This document shows positions 1 through 11,130 of a DNA stretch of 64,000 nt, in pieces. The notes below the pieces were generated by a model. It worked only from the letters and a program-made list of their open reading frames with translations, was not told the origin of the DNA and did not search any database. A program made the translations under genes and the position numbers. This DNA comes from Gammaproteobacteria bacterium (GTDB taxonomy: Bacteria > Pseudomonadota > Gammaproteobacteria > VBWC01), in contig JAHFRU010000006.1 in the NCBI GenBank assembly GCA_023266115.1, forward strand, positions 67,496 to 131,495. Direction: 5' to 3'. Positions within the stretch are counted from its first letter, which is position 1; each line of letters starts with the position of its first letter.

Positions 1-404
1 TCGACGAACGCGCCGATGTTGACGTAGGACGGCATCAGTACCACGCCGGGTGCAATATAGGAGCCGCGCCGGGCGGTGGCCGGCGGGACGACACGCACGC
101 CCTTGTCGCGGAAATCCCGTGAATTGTAATCCGCGAATTTCGACGCAACCTTGTCGTAGTAATTCGTGAAGCCACCCTTGATAAAACTGTTATCCTCGAT
201 CCGGAACGATAGCAGCACGGCTTTTTTGAGCCACTCGTTGACCACCCACTGGCCATTCTTCTTGTCGGCAACGCGCATTTTTCCGGACTCGAGCAGGTTG
301 ATGGCCTCCTGCACGGCATCCTTGACGTGGGTTTCAACGCTGCGCGGCGTTATTTCTGCCCGCCGCTGGAACGCGGTTTCGATAATCTCTTTCAGGTCAC
401 TCAT
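1..404 (-). CDS. dapD: 2,3,4,5-tetrahydropyridine-2,6-dicarboxylate N-succinyltransferase (5' part; runs off window start)
   Basis: Hand translation from ATG at 404: [24 protein letters not shown]...[17 protein letters not shown]...YYDKVASKF...[41 protein letters not shown] upstream. Not in the ORF track because it is truncated by the window. Confidence 0.95.
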   Translation of the reverse strand, partial: MSDLKEIIETAFQRRAEITPRSVETHVKDAVQEAINLLESGKMRVADKKNGQWVVNEWLKKAVLLSFRIEDNSFIKGGFTNYYDKVASKFADYNSRDFRDKGVRVVPPATARRGSYIAPGVVLMPSYVNIGAFV

Positions 405-493
405 TCATTGCTCTCCCAAGCGCATTCCCGTGTCCGATATGCAGGCGGTGTTTGCAACATGTCGCTCACCATGGCGGCCCGGCGAAGGGGCGT

Positions 494-522
494 AGTATAC
501 GGTATGCCGCCATGGCGGCAAA
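494..522 (-). promoter_or_regulatory. Putative sigma-70 promoter of dapD overlapped by a 16-bp perfect palindrome
   Basis: Minus strand TTGCCG-16nt-TATACT. TGCCGCCATGGCGGCA (505-520) is self-complementary. Confidence 0.4.
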
Positions 523-548
523 CACGACAAGAAATCCGCGACGCATAA

Positions 549-1193
549 TTACGCTGCGCCGGCGCCGTGCGACGAGCCTCGTCGTGTCAGCGCGATGAGC
601 AACAGCGCCAGCACGACGCCGGTCACTGCGCCATACAGATGCGCGTCTACCAGCACCGGCCCGCCGGCGGTTTCTTCCGAACCCGGCAGTGCGCCGTAAA
701 CCTGTTCCCACGCAAGCTTTGCGGCAATAAATACCAGCAATAGCCACTGAAAACGCTCGCCGGCCCGTATCGCCAGCAGGATGCCGCCCGCCAGCGCCGT
801 GTGCAGCACGCCGGACAGACCCACGTACCACTCGATAGACGGATTGAAAAGCAGGATGCCGATGCCGACGCCAACAGCTCCCACCAGTATCATCAGCAGC
901 CAGGTGCCGCTTTCGATCACGCGGATAAACAGGAACCACAACAGCAACAGACCGGCGAGGTTCAGCGACAGATGGCCCCAGCCGAAATGCACGATATTAC
1001 CGGTGACGATCCGCCATATCTCGCCATTGAGTATGGCGGTACGGTCGTAACGCAACCACTGTGACGCGGTCGGTTCGAGCAATCCCAGCGCCGCTATCAA
1101 CAGAGACAAGAGCAGCGGGACCGCGTGCGATCGCCAGAAGGCTGGACGCCGTGCTATCGCGGCTTTTCTGCCAAGGGATTGCTTTGTGACCAT
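549..1193 (-). CDS. Rhombosortase-type rhomboid intramembrane serine protease
   Basis: LRYDRTAILNGEIWRIVTGNIVHFGWGHLSLNLAG, catalytic GLSG, and C-terminal DAHLYG His. Several hydrophobic helices. Confidence 0.85.
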   Translation of the reverse strand: MVTKQSLGRKAAIARRPAFWRSHAVPLLLSLLIAALGLLEPTASQWLRYDRTAILNGEIWRIVTGNIVHFGWGHLSLNLAGLLLLWFLFIRVIESGTWLLMILVGAVGVGIGILLFNPSIEWYVGLSGVLHTALAGGILLAIRAGERFQWLLLVFIAAKLAWEQVYGALPGSEETAGGPVLVDAHLYGAVTGVVLALLLIALTRRGSSHGAGAA

Positions 1194-1210
1194 CGGTCAA
1201 ACGGCCATGT

Positions 1211-3877
1211 TCATGGTGCGGGCCGGGTTTTATCCAGCAGTCCGGTTATGGCGTCCGTCAGGCAGCGAAACTGCGTGTCCTGTTGCAGCGGCTTTCCGGA
1301 TTTGTCGGTAATGTAAAACACATCCTCGACGTGTGCACCGATCGTCGCGACCTTGGCGTTCTGCAGTATCACCCCGCATGTCACCAGCGCCTCGCCAATC
1401 AGCGACAACAGTCCGGGCCGGTCCGATGCGACGAGGTCCATGATCGTACGCTGGTTACGCTCGTCACGCCCGAACGTGATTTCCGTCGGTACGGAAAAAT
1501 GTTTCATCTGGCGCGGCATGCGTATCGTCAGGGGCGGAAAATCGGCGATAGGTAACTGTAACCCCTTTTTGATCGCCGCGACGAGTTCCTGCGCCTGGTA
1601 CGTCGAAGCGACCGGCGTGCCATCGGTGTTGAGTACGATGAAGCTGTCCACGGCGAACCGGTTGTGCGTGGTGAGAATCCGCGCCTCGAGAATATTCAGA
1701 CCGTAGCGCGCGAGTATCCGGGTGGTCTTGGCGAATAGATAGTCCTGGTCGGGCGCGTAAATCAACACCTCGGAACCGCCGCGTTCCGGATGCTCGCGCA
1801 CCAGTATCAGGGGTAACGCGTGCGACGGGCACTTCAGTATCTCCTCCGTGTGCCAGGCGATTTCTTCGGCGGAATAACGCAGGAAATAATCTTCGCCGGC
1901 GTTCGCCCACAGCGTTTCGAATTCCGCCTTCTCGACATCCTGCCGGCGTAACAGCGCGCGCGCTGCCGCCTGGGTTTCCAGGATGAGTTCGGTTTTGTCG
2001 ACCGGCTGCTCCACGCCGCGTCGCAAGGCGCGGCGCGTAGCGGCGTACAGTTCCGCGAGCAGCGAATCTTTCCAGCCGTTCCACAGCGATGGATTGGTAG
2101 CCCGTATGTCGGCTACGGTGAGCATATACAGGTAGTCGAGGTGGGTCTCGTCGCCAACCACTCTGGCGAATTCGGCGATCACGTCCGGATCGCTGATGTC
2201 CTTGCGTTGCGCGGTTAGCGACATTTTCAGATGATTTTTGACCAGCCAGGCGACGAACCGCGCGTCGTACTGGCTCAGGCCATGATGCAGGCAGAACGCG
2301 ATCGCCTCCTGTGCGCCGAGATCCGAGTGATCGCCACCGCGGCCCTTGGCGATATCGTGAAACAGTCCGCCGAGATAGAGCACGTCCGGTTTCGGCAGGC
2401 GTTTCGCAACGTCGCTGCAAAGCGGGAACTCATGGGCGTATTCGGGAACGAAGAACCGGCGGATGTTGCGCAGCACGCGCAGCGTGTGTTCATCCACGGT
2501 ATAGACATGAAACAGGTCATACTGCATCTGTCCGACGATGCGGCCGAACGCGGGCCAGTAGGCCGCCAACACGCCGTAGCGGTTCATGCGACGCAATTCG
2601 TGCGTCACGCCACGCGGTTGGCGCAGTATCTCGATGAACAGGCTGCGGCTGGACAGATTATCGCGAAACGCGTCATCGATCAGATGATGATGTTCGCGGA
2701 TCAGGCGTATGGTTGACGCACGGACGCCTTTGAGTTCCTGGTGCTGCTCGAGCAGCAAAAAAATCTCCAGCAGTGCGAACGGGTAACGCCGGAACACGTT
2801 TTCCGCAGTCACTTCGACGAAGCCGTTGCGGGCCTGAAACCGTTTATTGATCGGCTGGATATCCACCGGCGCGTCGCTCTGCAGTATCGCCTCCTGAAAA
2901 AGTTGCAGCAGCATTTCGTTCAACCGGCTCAGCTCCAGCGTCGTGCGGTAAAAGTCCTTCATGAAATGCTCGACGGCGAGCCGGTGGTCCTTGTCGCTGT
3001 AGCCGAAACGCGCGGCGAGCGGTCGCTGGTAATCAAACAACAGGCGCTCCTCGCGCCGGCCACTCAACAGGTGCAGGGCGTAACGGATCTGCCACAGGAA
3101 ATTCTGACCGCTGATCAAAGTCTGAAACTCGTTCTCCGTCAGGAATCCCTGTGCCACCAGTTCATGCAGCGTGGTTGCGCCGGAGTGCCGTTTCAGTACC
3201 CAGCCGATCATCTGGATGTCGCGTAATCCGCCGGGTCCCTCTTTGATGTTCGGTTCCAGGTTGTAGGTGGTGTCATTATATTTGTGGTGACGCGCAATCT
3301 GTTCGCGCCACTTCGCCGCGAAGAATTCGCGGCTGGGCCATATGCTGTCGGGTGCCGTGGCGTCAACCATTTCGTCGTACAGCGCGCGCGGCCCCGTCAG
3401 AAGGCGCGATTCCATCAGGTTGGTGGCGATGGTAATGTCCGTGGCGGAGACATCGACGCAATGCGCGACCGAGCGGACGCTGTGACCGATGTTCAGCCCG
3501 ATGTCCCAGATAAACGTCAAAAAGCCCTCGATACAACGCCGCTGGGCGTCATCCAGCGTGGCCGGCGTCAACACCATCAGGTCAATATCGGAGTGCGGAT
3601 GCAGTTCGCCGCGTCCGTAGCCGCCGACGGCGACGAGTGCGATGTCATCGCAGCCGGCACCGTTTAGTCGGCCCCACGCCTGCAGCAGCAGCTGGTCTAT
3701 CAGTGCGGCGCGATGCCGCACCAAAACTGCCGCAGCAACTCCGGCGTCGAAGCGCTTTCCCAGGATCGTGTTGGCGTTGTCGAGTGCGCTGCGGAACGCG
3801 GCGATCGGCTCGCCCGACCCGGCCAGCGCCAGTTCCAGCGCGTGCAGATCGACCGGTGCGGAATCAGCAGGGATCAT
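1211..3877 (-). CDS. glnD: [Protein-PII] uridylyltransferase / uridylyl-removing enzyme
   Basis: AVGGYGRGELHPHSDIDL nucleotidyltransferase motif, NIKEGPGGLRD, HD domain (HVYTVDEH, LFHDIAKGRGGDHS), two C-terminal ACT domains. Adjacent to map. Confidence 0.97.
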   Translation of the reverse strand: MIPADSAPVDLHALELALAGSGEPIAAFRSALDNANTILGKRFDAGVAAAVLVRHRAALIDQLLLQAWGRLNGAGCDDIALVAVGGYGRGELHPHSDIDLMVLTPATLDDAQRRCIEGFLTFIWDIGLNIGHSVRSVAHCVDVSATDITIATNLMESRLLTGPRALYDEMVDATAPDSIWPSREFFAAKWREQIARHHKYNDTTYNLEPNIKEGPGGLRDIQMIGWVLKRHSGATTLHELVAQGFLTENEFQTLISGQNFLWQIRYALHLLSGRREERLLFDYQRPLAARFGYSDKDHRLAVEHFMKDFYRTTLELSRLNEMLLQLFQEAILQSDAPVDIQPINKRFQARNGFVEVTAENVFRRYPFALLEIFLLLEQHQELKGVRASTIRLIREHHHLIDDAFRDNLSSRSLFIEILRQPRGVTHELRRMNRYGVLAAYWPAFGRIVGQMQYDLFHVYTVDEHTLRVLRNIRRFFVPEYAHEFPLCSDVAKRLPKPDVLYLGGLFHDIAKGRGGDHSDLGAQEAIAFCLHHGLSQYDARFVAWLVKNHLKMSLTAQRKDISDPDVIAEFARVVGDETHLDYLYMLTVADIRATNPSLWNGWKDSLLAELYAATRRALRRGVEQPVDKTELILETQAAARALLRRQDVEKAEFETLWANAGEDYFLRYSAEEIAWHTEEILKCPSHALPLILVREHPERGGSEVLIYAPDQDYLFAKTTRILARYGLNILEARILTTHNRFAVDSFIVLNTDGTPVASTYQAQELVAAIKKGLQLPIADFPPLTIRMPRQMKHFSVPTEITFGRDERNQRTIMDLVASDRPGLLSLIGEALVTCGVILQNAKVATIGAHVEDVFYITDKSGKPLQQDTQFRCLTDAITGLLDKTRPAP

Positions 3878-3918
3878 GGCGTTGCCCGATGGCCGTGCGG
3901 GAAACCGGCGAAACTGAA

Positions 3919-4686
3919 TCAGATGTCATCGCCGGGGAATTGCGTGAGGATCTCGTGGCCGCCGCCGGTGATCGCGATGGTATGCTCCCATTGCGCGGAA
4001 AGGCTGTGATCCTTGGTGACGACCGTCCACTGATCCGACAGCAGTTTGACGTGACGTTTGCCGGCGTTCACCATCGGCTCGATTGTAAACGCCATGCCCG
4101 GCTGCAACACAAGGCCGATGCCGGGCGTGCCGAAGTGCAGGACCTGCGGCTCTTCGTGAAATTGCAGGCCGATGCCGTGACCGCAGTATTCGCGCACCAC
4201 CGAGCAGTTATTGGCCTCGGCGTGACGCTGGATGGCGTGCCCGATATCACCAAGATGGGTTCCCGGTTTGGCAAGGTCGAGTCCGAGCATCAGGCACTCG
4301 TGGCTGATGCGGCAGATGCGCCGCGCCGCGATGGACGGTTCACCGACGAAAAACATCTTGCTGGTGTCGCCATGCCAGCCATCCTTGATGACGGTAATAT
4401 CGATGTTGACGATATCGCCGTCCTTGAGTTTGCGATTACCGGGTATGCCGTGACAGACCTGGTGATTGACCGAGGTGCAGATGGATTTCGGAAAGCCGCG
4501 GTAATTGAGCGGGGCGGGAATGGCGTGCTGTACCGTCACGATGTAATCATGGCAGCGCTGGTCAAGTTCTTCGGTGGAAACGCCGGGCAGGACATAGGGG
4601 CGAATCATGCGCAGTACGTCCGCGGCGAGATGGCCAGCGATACGCATTTTCGCGATTTCCTCGGGCGCCTTGATGAGGTTGGTCAT
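3919..4686 (-). CDS. map: Type I methionine aminopeptidase
   Basis: SICTSVNHQVCHGIP, NIDITVIKDGWHGDTS, YCGHGIG..FHEEP, FTIEPMVN, SAQWEHT. Confidence 0.97.
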   Translation of the reverse strand: MTNLIKAPEEIAKMRIAGHLAADVLRMIRPYVLPGVSTEELDQRCHDYIVTVQHAIPAPLNYRGFPKSICTSVNHQVCHGIPGNRKLKDGDIVNIDITVIKDGWHGDTSKMFFVGEPSIAARRICRISHECLMLGLDLAKPGTHLGDIGHAIQRHAEANNCSVVREYCGHGIGLQFHEEPQVLHFGTPGIGLVLQPGMAFTIEPMVNAGKRHVKLLSDQWTVVTKDHSLSAQWEHTIAITGGGHEILTQFPGDDI

Positions 4687-4814
4687 AAGTAAGTCCGGTG
4701 AGCGTTGTCCCCGCGCTTTTGGGCCCCGTATTGTACGGTTTGCAGGGGATGCCCGCCAATTCGTCGTCGTTTGGCGTCAATTTGGCCTAATTCATTGTCG
4801 TACCAAACTATTTA

Positions 4815-4832
4815 TGTTATAAAGCGCGCGCC
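4815..4832 (+). promoter_or_regulatory. rpsB extended -10 promoter with GC-rich discriminator
   Basis: TGtTATAAAGCGCGCGCC matches the TGnTATAAA-GCGCG rpsB promoter pattern known in gammaproteobacteria. Confidence 0.7.
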
Positions 4833-4960
4833 AAAAGCAGGTATTGTACGGGGTAGTTTGACACTGCGGATTACGTCATGTGGTCTTTCGGCCGGTCGGA
4901 CGGTTCCCATTCATAACTTGCAGGCGGTTATACCGGTCAGTCCGGATAGCCAACACTAAC

Positions 4961-5064
4961 GCCACACATGCGTCGTCACATAGATCCGGGTGCCTGGCAG
5001 GTTCCCTGGCGGCATTGCCGCCATATCCGCAGGTTGATTTATGGGATGCATGGAGGTTTAACCC
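4961..5064 (+). ncRNA. rpsB 5' leader (t44 / S2 autoregulatory structure)
   Basis: CCACACATGCGTCGTCACATAGATCCGGGTGCC...GGTTGATTTATGGGATGCATGGAGGTTTAACCC resembles the t44 RNA pattern. Complementary arms CATGCGTC / GATGCATG lie directly upstream of rpsB. Confidence 0.75.
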
Positions 5065-5085
5065 TATATTGCAGGAGAGTTGCAT

Positions 5086-6006
5086 ATGGCTAACGTAACC
5101 ATGCGCCAGATGTTGGAAGCTGGCGTTCATTTCGGGCATCAGACCCGATTCTGGCATCCCAAGATGGCACCTTTTATCTACGGTGCCCGTAACAAGATTC
5201 ACATTATCAATCTGGAAACAACGTTGCCCCTGTATCAGGAAGCGATGAACTTTCTCGGCGGCCTCGCTGCCAACAAGGGCAAGATTCTGTTCGTCGGGAC
5301 CAAGCGTGCCGCGGAAGAAGTCATCGAACAGGAAGCGCAACGTTGTGGCATGCCCTATATCAATCACCGCTGGCTGGGCGGCTTGCTGACGAACTTCCAC
5401 ACCATCCGGCGCTCCGTCAAGCGCCTGAAGGAAATCGAGGCGATGGAAGAGGATGGCAGTATCAACCGGTTCAACAAGCGCGAAGGCCTGGATCTGCGGC
5501 GCGAGATGGCGAAGCTTAACAACAGCCTCGGCGGCATCAAGAACATGGATCGACTGCCGGACGCGTTGTTCGTGATCGACGTGGGCCATGAGAAAATCGC
5601 CGTGAGCGAGGCCGTCAAGCTGGGTATACCGGTCGTCGCGATCGTCGACACCAATAATCCGCCGGATAATATCGATTATGTAATCCCGGGTAACGATGAC
5701 GCGATGCGTGCGATCAAGCTGTATGTCGGCGGTGCAGCGGATACGATCCTCGAAGCGCGTTCGTCGGTGGGTCATCTGGGCAGTGGCGACGAGTTTGTCG
5801 AGCTGGACGACAGCGGTGCGATCGCCCTGACCGAGGCGCCGAAAAAGAAGGGATCGAAGACGGCCAAAAAGCCGGCGAAGAAAGTTGCAATCCAGACCAG
5901 GAAAGAGGCCACTGCTCGCAAGGCCGGACAAAAACCGGATGTCGAGACTGACGCCGCCGCGGCAGCCGGGACGGAAGACGCGGATATGGACGCGGTTGCA
6001 CAGTAA
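5086..6006 (+). CDS. rpsB: 30S ribosomal protein S2 (long C-terminal tail)
   Basis: [52 protein letters not shown] before ATG 5086. Confidence 0.98.
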   Translation: MANVTMRQMLEAGVHFGHQTRFWHPKMAPFIYGARNKIHIINLETTLPLYQEAMNFLGGLAANKGKILFVGTKRAAEEVIEQEAQRCGMPYINHRWLGGLLTNFHTIRRSVKRLKEIEAMEEDGSINRFNKREGLDLRREMAKLNNSLGGIKNMDRLPDALFVIDVGHEKIAVSEAVKLGIPVVAIVDTNNPPDNIDYVIPGNDDAMRAIKLYVGGAADTILEARSSVGHLGSGDEFVELDDSGAIALTEAPKKKGSKTAKKPAKKVAIQTRKEATARKAGQKPDVETDAAAAAGTEDADMDAVAQ

Positions 6007-6042
6007 CGAGCTTGACGAGAGCAGGACGGAAGAGGAAACGAC

Positions 6043-6933
6043 ATGGCGATTGCAGCAGCGTTGGTTAAAGAACTGCGCGAGAGGACCGGCCTGGGCATGA
6101 TGGAGTGCAAGAAAGCCCTGGTTGAAACAGACGGTGATATTGAACTGGCAGCGGAGCACCTGCGCAAGGCGGGGCATGCCAAGGCAGACAAGAAAGCGGG
6201 GCGGATCGCGGCAGACGGACTTATCGTTATTGCCACTAGCGAAGATGGTCGCGAGGCGGCCATGGCCGAGATCAACAGCGAGACCGATTTCGTCGCGAAG
6301 AACGATGACTTCGTCCGGTTTGCGAATCAGGTGGCGCGGCGCGTGCTGGAGAAGCGGCCGGCGGATCTTGACGCCCTGCTGGCGATGCCGCTTGCCGCCG
6401 GTGACAGCAAGACCGTAAATACCGCTCGCCAGGAACTGATTGCCAAGCTCGGCGAAAATATCAACGTGCGCCGCATCGCCCGTCTGGGCAGTGGCAGCGG
6501 CTGCGTGGGCAGTTACTCCCACGGTTCTCGCATCGGCGTGTGCGTCAGCCTCGACAAAGATGATCCTGATCTTGCCAGGGATATTGCAATGCACGTTGCG
6601 GCGAGTCGTCCGGTCGCGATTTCGGCGGCCGATGTGCCGGCGGAGGTGATCGCCAAGGAACGTGAGATATATTTTGCGCAGGCCGCCGACAGCGGTAAGC
6701 CGGCCGACATTATTGAGAAGATGGTCAACGGCCGTGTGCAAAAGTTTCTGAAGGAAACAACGCTGCTCGGACAGTCCTTCGTCAAGGACCCCGATACCAC
6801 GATCGAGAAGCTGCTCAAGAAGTCCGGCGCGTCGGTCGCCGCGTTTGCTCGCTACGAGATTGGCGAGGGTATTGAGAAGAAAGAGGAGAATTTTGCTGCG
6901 GAGGTCATGGCGCAGGCACAAGGAGGCCGCTGA
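6043..6933 (+). CDS. tsf: Elongation factor Ts
   Basis: [47 protein letters not shown]. Confidence 0.98.
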   Translation: MAIAAALVKELRERTGLGMMECKKALVETDGDIELAAEHLRKAGHAKADKKAGRIAADGLIVIATSEDGREAAMAEINSETDFVAKNDDFVRFANQVARRVLEKRPADLDALLAMPLAAGDSKTVNTARQELIAKLGENINVRRIARLGSGSGCVGSYSHGSRIGVCVSLDKDDPDLARDIAMHVAASRPVAISAADVPAEVIAKEREIYFAQAADSGKPADIIEKMVNGRVQKFLKETTLLGQSFVKDPDTTIEKLLKKSGASVAAFARYEIGEGIEKKEENFAAEVMAQAQGGR

Positions 6934-7674
6934 ATGACACAGGCTCAAGGAACGCCCCGGTTCCAGCGCATCATGCTGAAGTTGAGCGGGGAAGTGTTGA
7001 TGGGCGAGGGCGAGTCCGGCATTAACGCCATCGCCATCAATCGGCTGGCGGCGGAAGTCGCCGAGGTGGTCCGGTCCGGCGTGCAGGTTGGCATGGTGAT
7101 CGGTGCCGGCAACATTTGTCGCGGCTCGTGGCTGGCGGCATCCGGTATGGATCGGGTTACCGCTGATCATATGGGAATGCTCGCGACCGTGGTCAACGCC
7201 CTCGCGATGCAGGATGCGCTGGAGCATCAGGGTATTTATACGCGCGTCATGTCGGCTATCCAGGTGAACGAGATCTGCGAAAGTTACATACGGCGTCGCG
7301 CTATACGGCATCTCGAAAAAGGTCGCGTGGTGATCTGTGCCGCGGGTACCGGCAACCCGTTTTTTACCACCGATTCGGCGGCCAGCCTGCGGGCGATCGA
7401 GGTCGGCGCGGACATCGTACTGAAGGCGACGAAGGTGGATGGCGTTTATTCATCCGACCCGGTGCGTAATGCCGACGCCGTGCGGTATACCCACCTGACT
7501 TACGACGAAGTGTTAACCCGCAAGCTCGAAGTCATGGACGCGACGGCGATCGTGTTGTGCCGGGATCACGGCATCCCTTTGCGTATTTTCAACGTTAACA
7601 AGCCTGGCGCGATGATGCGGGCGGTGACGGAGGACGACGAAGGAACCCTCGTTACGGGAGATGCGACGGCATGA
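6934..7674 (+). CDS. pyrH: UMP kinase
   Basis: [53 protein letters not shown]. Confidence 0.97.
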   Translation: MTQAQGTPRFQRIMLKLSGEVLMGEGESGINAIAINRLAAEVAEVVRSGVQVGMVIGAGNICRGSWLAASGMDRVTADHMGMLATVVNALAMQDALEHQGIYTRVMSAIQVNEICESYIRRRAIRHLEKGRVVICAAGTGNPFFTTDSAASLRAIEVGADIVLKATKVDGVYSSDPVRNADAVRYTHLTYDEVLTRKLEVMDATAIVLCRDHGIPLRIFNVNKPGAMMRAVTEDDEGTLVTGDATA

Positions 7675-8228
7675 TAGAGAATATCAAGAAAGACGCGACC
7701 AGCCGGATGGGCAAATCCATCGAATCGCTGAAAGAGGATTTGATGAAGTTGCGTACCGGCCGTGCGCACACCAGCCTGCTCGATCACATTACCGTTTCGT
7801 ACTACGGCAACGACGTGCCATTGAATCAGGTGGCCAACGTCAACATCGCCGACGCGCGCATGCTGACCGTCACCGTATGGGAAAAAAGCATGGTGCAGAC
7901 CGTCGAGAAAGCGATCCTGACCTCGGACCTCGGGCTGAACCCGGCGACGTCGGGCAACGTGTTGCGTATCAGCCTGCCGGCGCTTACCGAAGAGCGCCGC
8001 CGTGATATGACGAAGATCGTCCGGAATGAGGGCGAGGGTGCGCGTGTCGCGATCCGGAATATCCGTCGGGATGCCAATAACAGCCTCAAGGCGCTGTTGA
8101 AGGAAAAAAAGATTGCTGAGGACGATGAGCGTCGTGCCCAGGAAGAAGTTCAGAAGCTGACCGACAAGTACATTGCCCAGGTGGACAGGATCCTGGCGGA
8201 CAAGGAAGCGGAGTTGATGGAAATCTGA
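7671..8228 (+). CDS. frr: Ribosome recycling factor
   Basis: [41 protein letters not shown]. Confidence 0.98.
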   Translation: MIENIKKDATSRMGKSIESLKEDLMKLRTGRAHTSLLDHITVSYYGNDVPLNQVANVNIADARMLTVTVWEKSMVQTVEKAILTSDLGLNPATSGNVLRISLPALTEERRRDMTKIVRNEGEGARVAIRNIRRDANNSLKALLKEKKIAEDDERRAQEEVQKLTDKYIAQVDRILADKEAELMEI

Positions 8229-8325
8229 CATCCCGCCGCCGCGATCTTGTTTCCCGCTTCCGGCACCTACAGGCCGATGTTTTCCAAATATTGATTGATG
8301 CTTAGCAATTGTTGTCCGGACGCCA

Positions 8326-9093
8326 ATGTTGCACAAACCATCACAGTCCGATCCGTCCGACCCGAATGAAGTGATCCCGCGACACGTTGCGATTATCATG
8401 GATGGCAACGGGCGGTGGGCGAAGAAGCGCAACATGCCGCGCATCGCCGGCCATCGTGCGGGCGTCGAGGCCGCCCGCAAAATCGTGCAGGCCTGTGGCA
8501 AGAAAGGCGTCGAAGTGCTGACCCTGTTCGCGTTCAGCAGCGAAAACTGGCGCCGTCCGGCAACGGAAGTATCTCTGCTGATGGAGCTGTTTTTGACCGC
8601 ATTGCGCCGGGAATCCAAGAAGCTTGATAAGAACAATGCACGATTGATGGTGATCGGTGATCGTGCCGCGTTCGCGCCCAAGCTGCAACAGGAAATCGCC
8701 CGTGCCGAGGCGTTGACCGGCGATAACACCGGTTTGACGATCGCCATCGCTGCCAATTACGGCGGGCGCTGGGATATCGTGCAGGCCGCGCAGAAGCTCG
8801 TCCGCAAAATCCAGTCCGGCGAACTGGCGGCGGAGCAAGTCACCGAACAAAGCATCGATGCCGAACTGGCGATGTACGGCTTTCCCGAGCCGGATCTGTT
8901 CATCCGCTCCGGCGGCGAACAGCGTATCAGCAATTTTCTGCTGTGGCAGCTCGCCTATACCGAGCTCTATTTCACCGATATCCTGTGGCCTGATTTCGAC
9001 GTTGCGGTACTGGACAACGCGTTTTCGTCCTATGCCAATCGCCAGCGCCGGTATGGGCGAACCGGCGACCAGGTGCAGGTCAAAGGTGCTTAG
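8326..9093 (+). CDS. uppS: Undecaprenyl diphosphate synthase (cis-prenyltransferase)
   Basis: [50 protein letters not shown]. Confidence 0.97.
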   Translation: MLHKPSQSDPSDPNEVIPRHVAIIMDGNGRWAKKRNMPRIAGHRAGVEAARKIVQACGKKGVEVLTLFAFSSENWRRPATEVSLLMELFLTALRRESKKLDKNNARLMVIGDRAAFAPKLQQEIARAEALTGDNTGLTIAIAANYGGRWDIVQAAQKLVRKIQSGELAAEQVTEQSIDAELAMYGFPEPDLFIRSGGEQRISNFLLWQLAYTELYFTDILWPDFDVAVLDNAFSSYANRQRRYGRTGDQVQVKGA

Positions 9094-9940
9094 GCAACGC
9101 CTGATTACCGCGGCGATTCTTGTTCCGCTGGTGTTCTGGTGGGTACTGGGTGCATCGACGCAGTGGTTTTCACTGATACTCGCTGGCCTGGTGATGCTTG
9201 GCGCGTGGGAATGGAGCGGTCTGGCCGGCATGCAATATACCGTCGCACGGGTCGTATACATTGCTGTAGTGCTGGCGTGCATAGTCGGCAGCGCGTCGCT
9301 CTCGCTCGATCACTCTCGATTTGTCGTTGGCCTGGCCGTACTCTGGTGGTGCGCGGCGACCGTGCAGATTTATCGTTACAATCAGCAGCCGATGCTGAAC
9401 CTGACGGGTGCGTCAGCGGTCATAGTTTCGGGTGCCCGACGTGATCTGCTATCCAGAACCGGTGCCGGCGTATGGGTTCTGGTGCCGGCGTGGCTGGCGC
9501 TATCCATTATTCACAGTGCGCACGGCGCCGGGTACGTATTGTTTTTGATGCTGCTGGTGTGGGCGGCGGACACCGGCGCCTACTTTGTCGGCAAAAAATG
9601 GGGCAGGCGCAAGCTGGCGGTTAACGTCAGCCCGGGCAAGACGTGGGAGGGTGTTGGTGGGGGATTCGGGTTGGTGCTGCCGTTCGCCGCGGGTGGCGGA
9701 TGGTATTTCGGGGTCACCGGTGCGACGCACTTGCTGTTGTTCGTCGTGCTGTGTGCGATTACCGTGATTTTTTGCATCGTGGGTGATTTGTTCGAGAGCA
9801 TGTACAAGCGTCAGGCCGGAGTAAAGGACAGCGGGCGTCTGTTGCCCGGGCACGGTGGCATACTGGATCGTATTGACAGTCTTACCGCGGCGTCACCGGT
9901 GTTCGCGGCCGGACTATGGGCGCTGGAGGCGTTGGCGTGA
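9086..9940 (+). CDS. cdsA: Phosphatidate cytidylyltransferase
   Basis: GTG start overlapping the uppS stop (VLRQRLITA). [54 protein letters not shown]. Confidence 0.95.
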   Translation: MLRQRLITAAILVPLVFWWVLGASTQWFSLILAGLVMLGAWEWSGLAGMQYTVARVVYIAVVLACIVGSASLSLDHSRFVVGLAVLWWCAATVQIYRYNQQPMLNLTGASAVIVSGARRDLLSRTGAGVWVLVPAWLALSIIHSAHGAGYVLFLMLLVWAADTGAYFVGKKWGRRKLAVNVSPGKTWEGVGGGFGLVLPFAAGGGWYFGVTGATHLLLFVVLCAITVIFCIVGDLFESMYKRQAGVKDSGRLLPGHGGILDRIDSLTAASPVFAAGLWALEALA

Positions 9941-11130
9941 TCGGTATCACCATACTCGGTGCGACCGGATCGATCGGGGTCAGTACGCTGGATGTCGTGT
10001 CGCGCCATCGCGATCGCTACCGCGTGGTGGCGCTGACAGCGAACACCGAAGTGGATCGCCTGTATCAACAGTGCATGACTTGCCGGCCGCAGTATGCGGC
10101 GATGGCCGATGAGGCGTCAGCGCAGCGGTTGCGGCAGCGGCTGGACCAGGCGGGTGCGGCTGTCGAGGTGTTGTCGGGCGTTGACGGTCTCAAGCAGGTT
10201 GCGACGCTGGACAGCGCCGACTACGTGATGGCGGCGATCGTCGGTGCAGCGGGGTTATTGCCGACGCTGGCAGCGGCGCATGCGGGCAAGCGCATTTTGC
10301 TGGCCAACAAGGAAGCACTGGTGATGTCCGGCGCGATTTTCATGGACGGCGTGCGGCGTGGTAATGCCCGGTTATTTCCCATCGACAGCGAACACAACGC
10401 GATTTTCCAATGCATGCCGCCGGATTTCTCGCGGGGGCTGGCCGAAGTCGGCGTGCGCAGGATATTCCTGACGGCGTCCGGCGGGCCGTTCCGGACCAGG
10501 GCGATCGACACGCTGGATTCGGTGACGCCGGCGCAGGCATGTGCGCACCCTAACTGGGTCATGGGGCGCAAGATCTCCGTCGACTCCGCGACGATGATGA
10601 ATAAGGGTCTCGAAGTGATCGAGGCGTGCTGGCTGTTCGATACGATGCCGGAGAACGTTCAGGTGGTATTGCACCCGCAGAGCGTCGTGCATTCGCTGGT
10701 GGAGTACGCGGACGGTTCAGTGCTCGCGCAGCTTGGCAGTCCCGACATGCGTACGCCAATCGCCCACGCGCTGGCCTGGCCGGAACGAATTGCGTCGGGC
10801 GTGACCCCGCTGAATCTGTTCGATGTCGCCCGACTGGATTTTGAAGAACCCGACATGGCCCGCTTTCCTTGTCTCGGGCTCGCCTATCAGGCGATGGATC
10901 AGGGGGGCACGGCGACGGCGATATTGAATGCAGCCAACGAGGTGGCGGTGCAGGCATTTCTTGCCGGGAGCATCGCGTTCACATCGATTCCCGTCGTGAT
11001 CGAGCAAACCCTCGGTGCGGTCGGCGCGCGTTCGGTCGACAGTCTTGATGTCGTACTGGAGGACGATGCCGCGGCTCGCAGTCACGCGCTGTCACTTGTC
11101 CGCCGCGATAACGGCCGGATCGCGCTATGA
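9937..11130 (+). CDS. dxr: 1-deoxy-D-xylulose-5-phosphate reductoisomerase
   Basis: [60 protein letters not shown] overlap with cdsA. Confidence 0.97.
   Translation: MIGITILGATGSIGVSTLDVVSRHRDRYRVVALTANTEVDRLYQQCMTCRPQYAAMADEASAQRLRQRLDQAGAAVEVLSGVDGLKQVATLDSADYVMAAIVGAAGLLPTLAAAHAGKRILLANKEALVMSGAIFMDGVRRGNARLFPIDSEHNAIFQCMPPDFSRGLAEVGVRRIFLTASGGPFRTRAIDTLDSVTPAQACAHPNWVMGRKISVDSATMMNKGLEVIEACWLFDTMPENVQVVLHPQSVVHSLVEYADGSVLAQLGSPDMRTPIAHALAWPERIASGVTPLNLFDVARLDFEEPDMARFPCLGLAYQAMDQGGTATAILNAANEVAVQAFLAGSIAFTSIPVVIEQTLGAVGARSVDSLDVVLEDDAAARSHALSLVRRDNGRIAL

Noticed and set aside
4876..7311. 811-aa minus-strand ORF
   Set aside because: Antisense shadow of rpsB-tsf-pyrH. It has no recognisable motifs and is expected from GC-rich codon bias.
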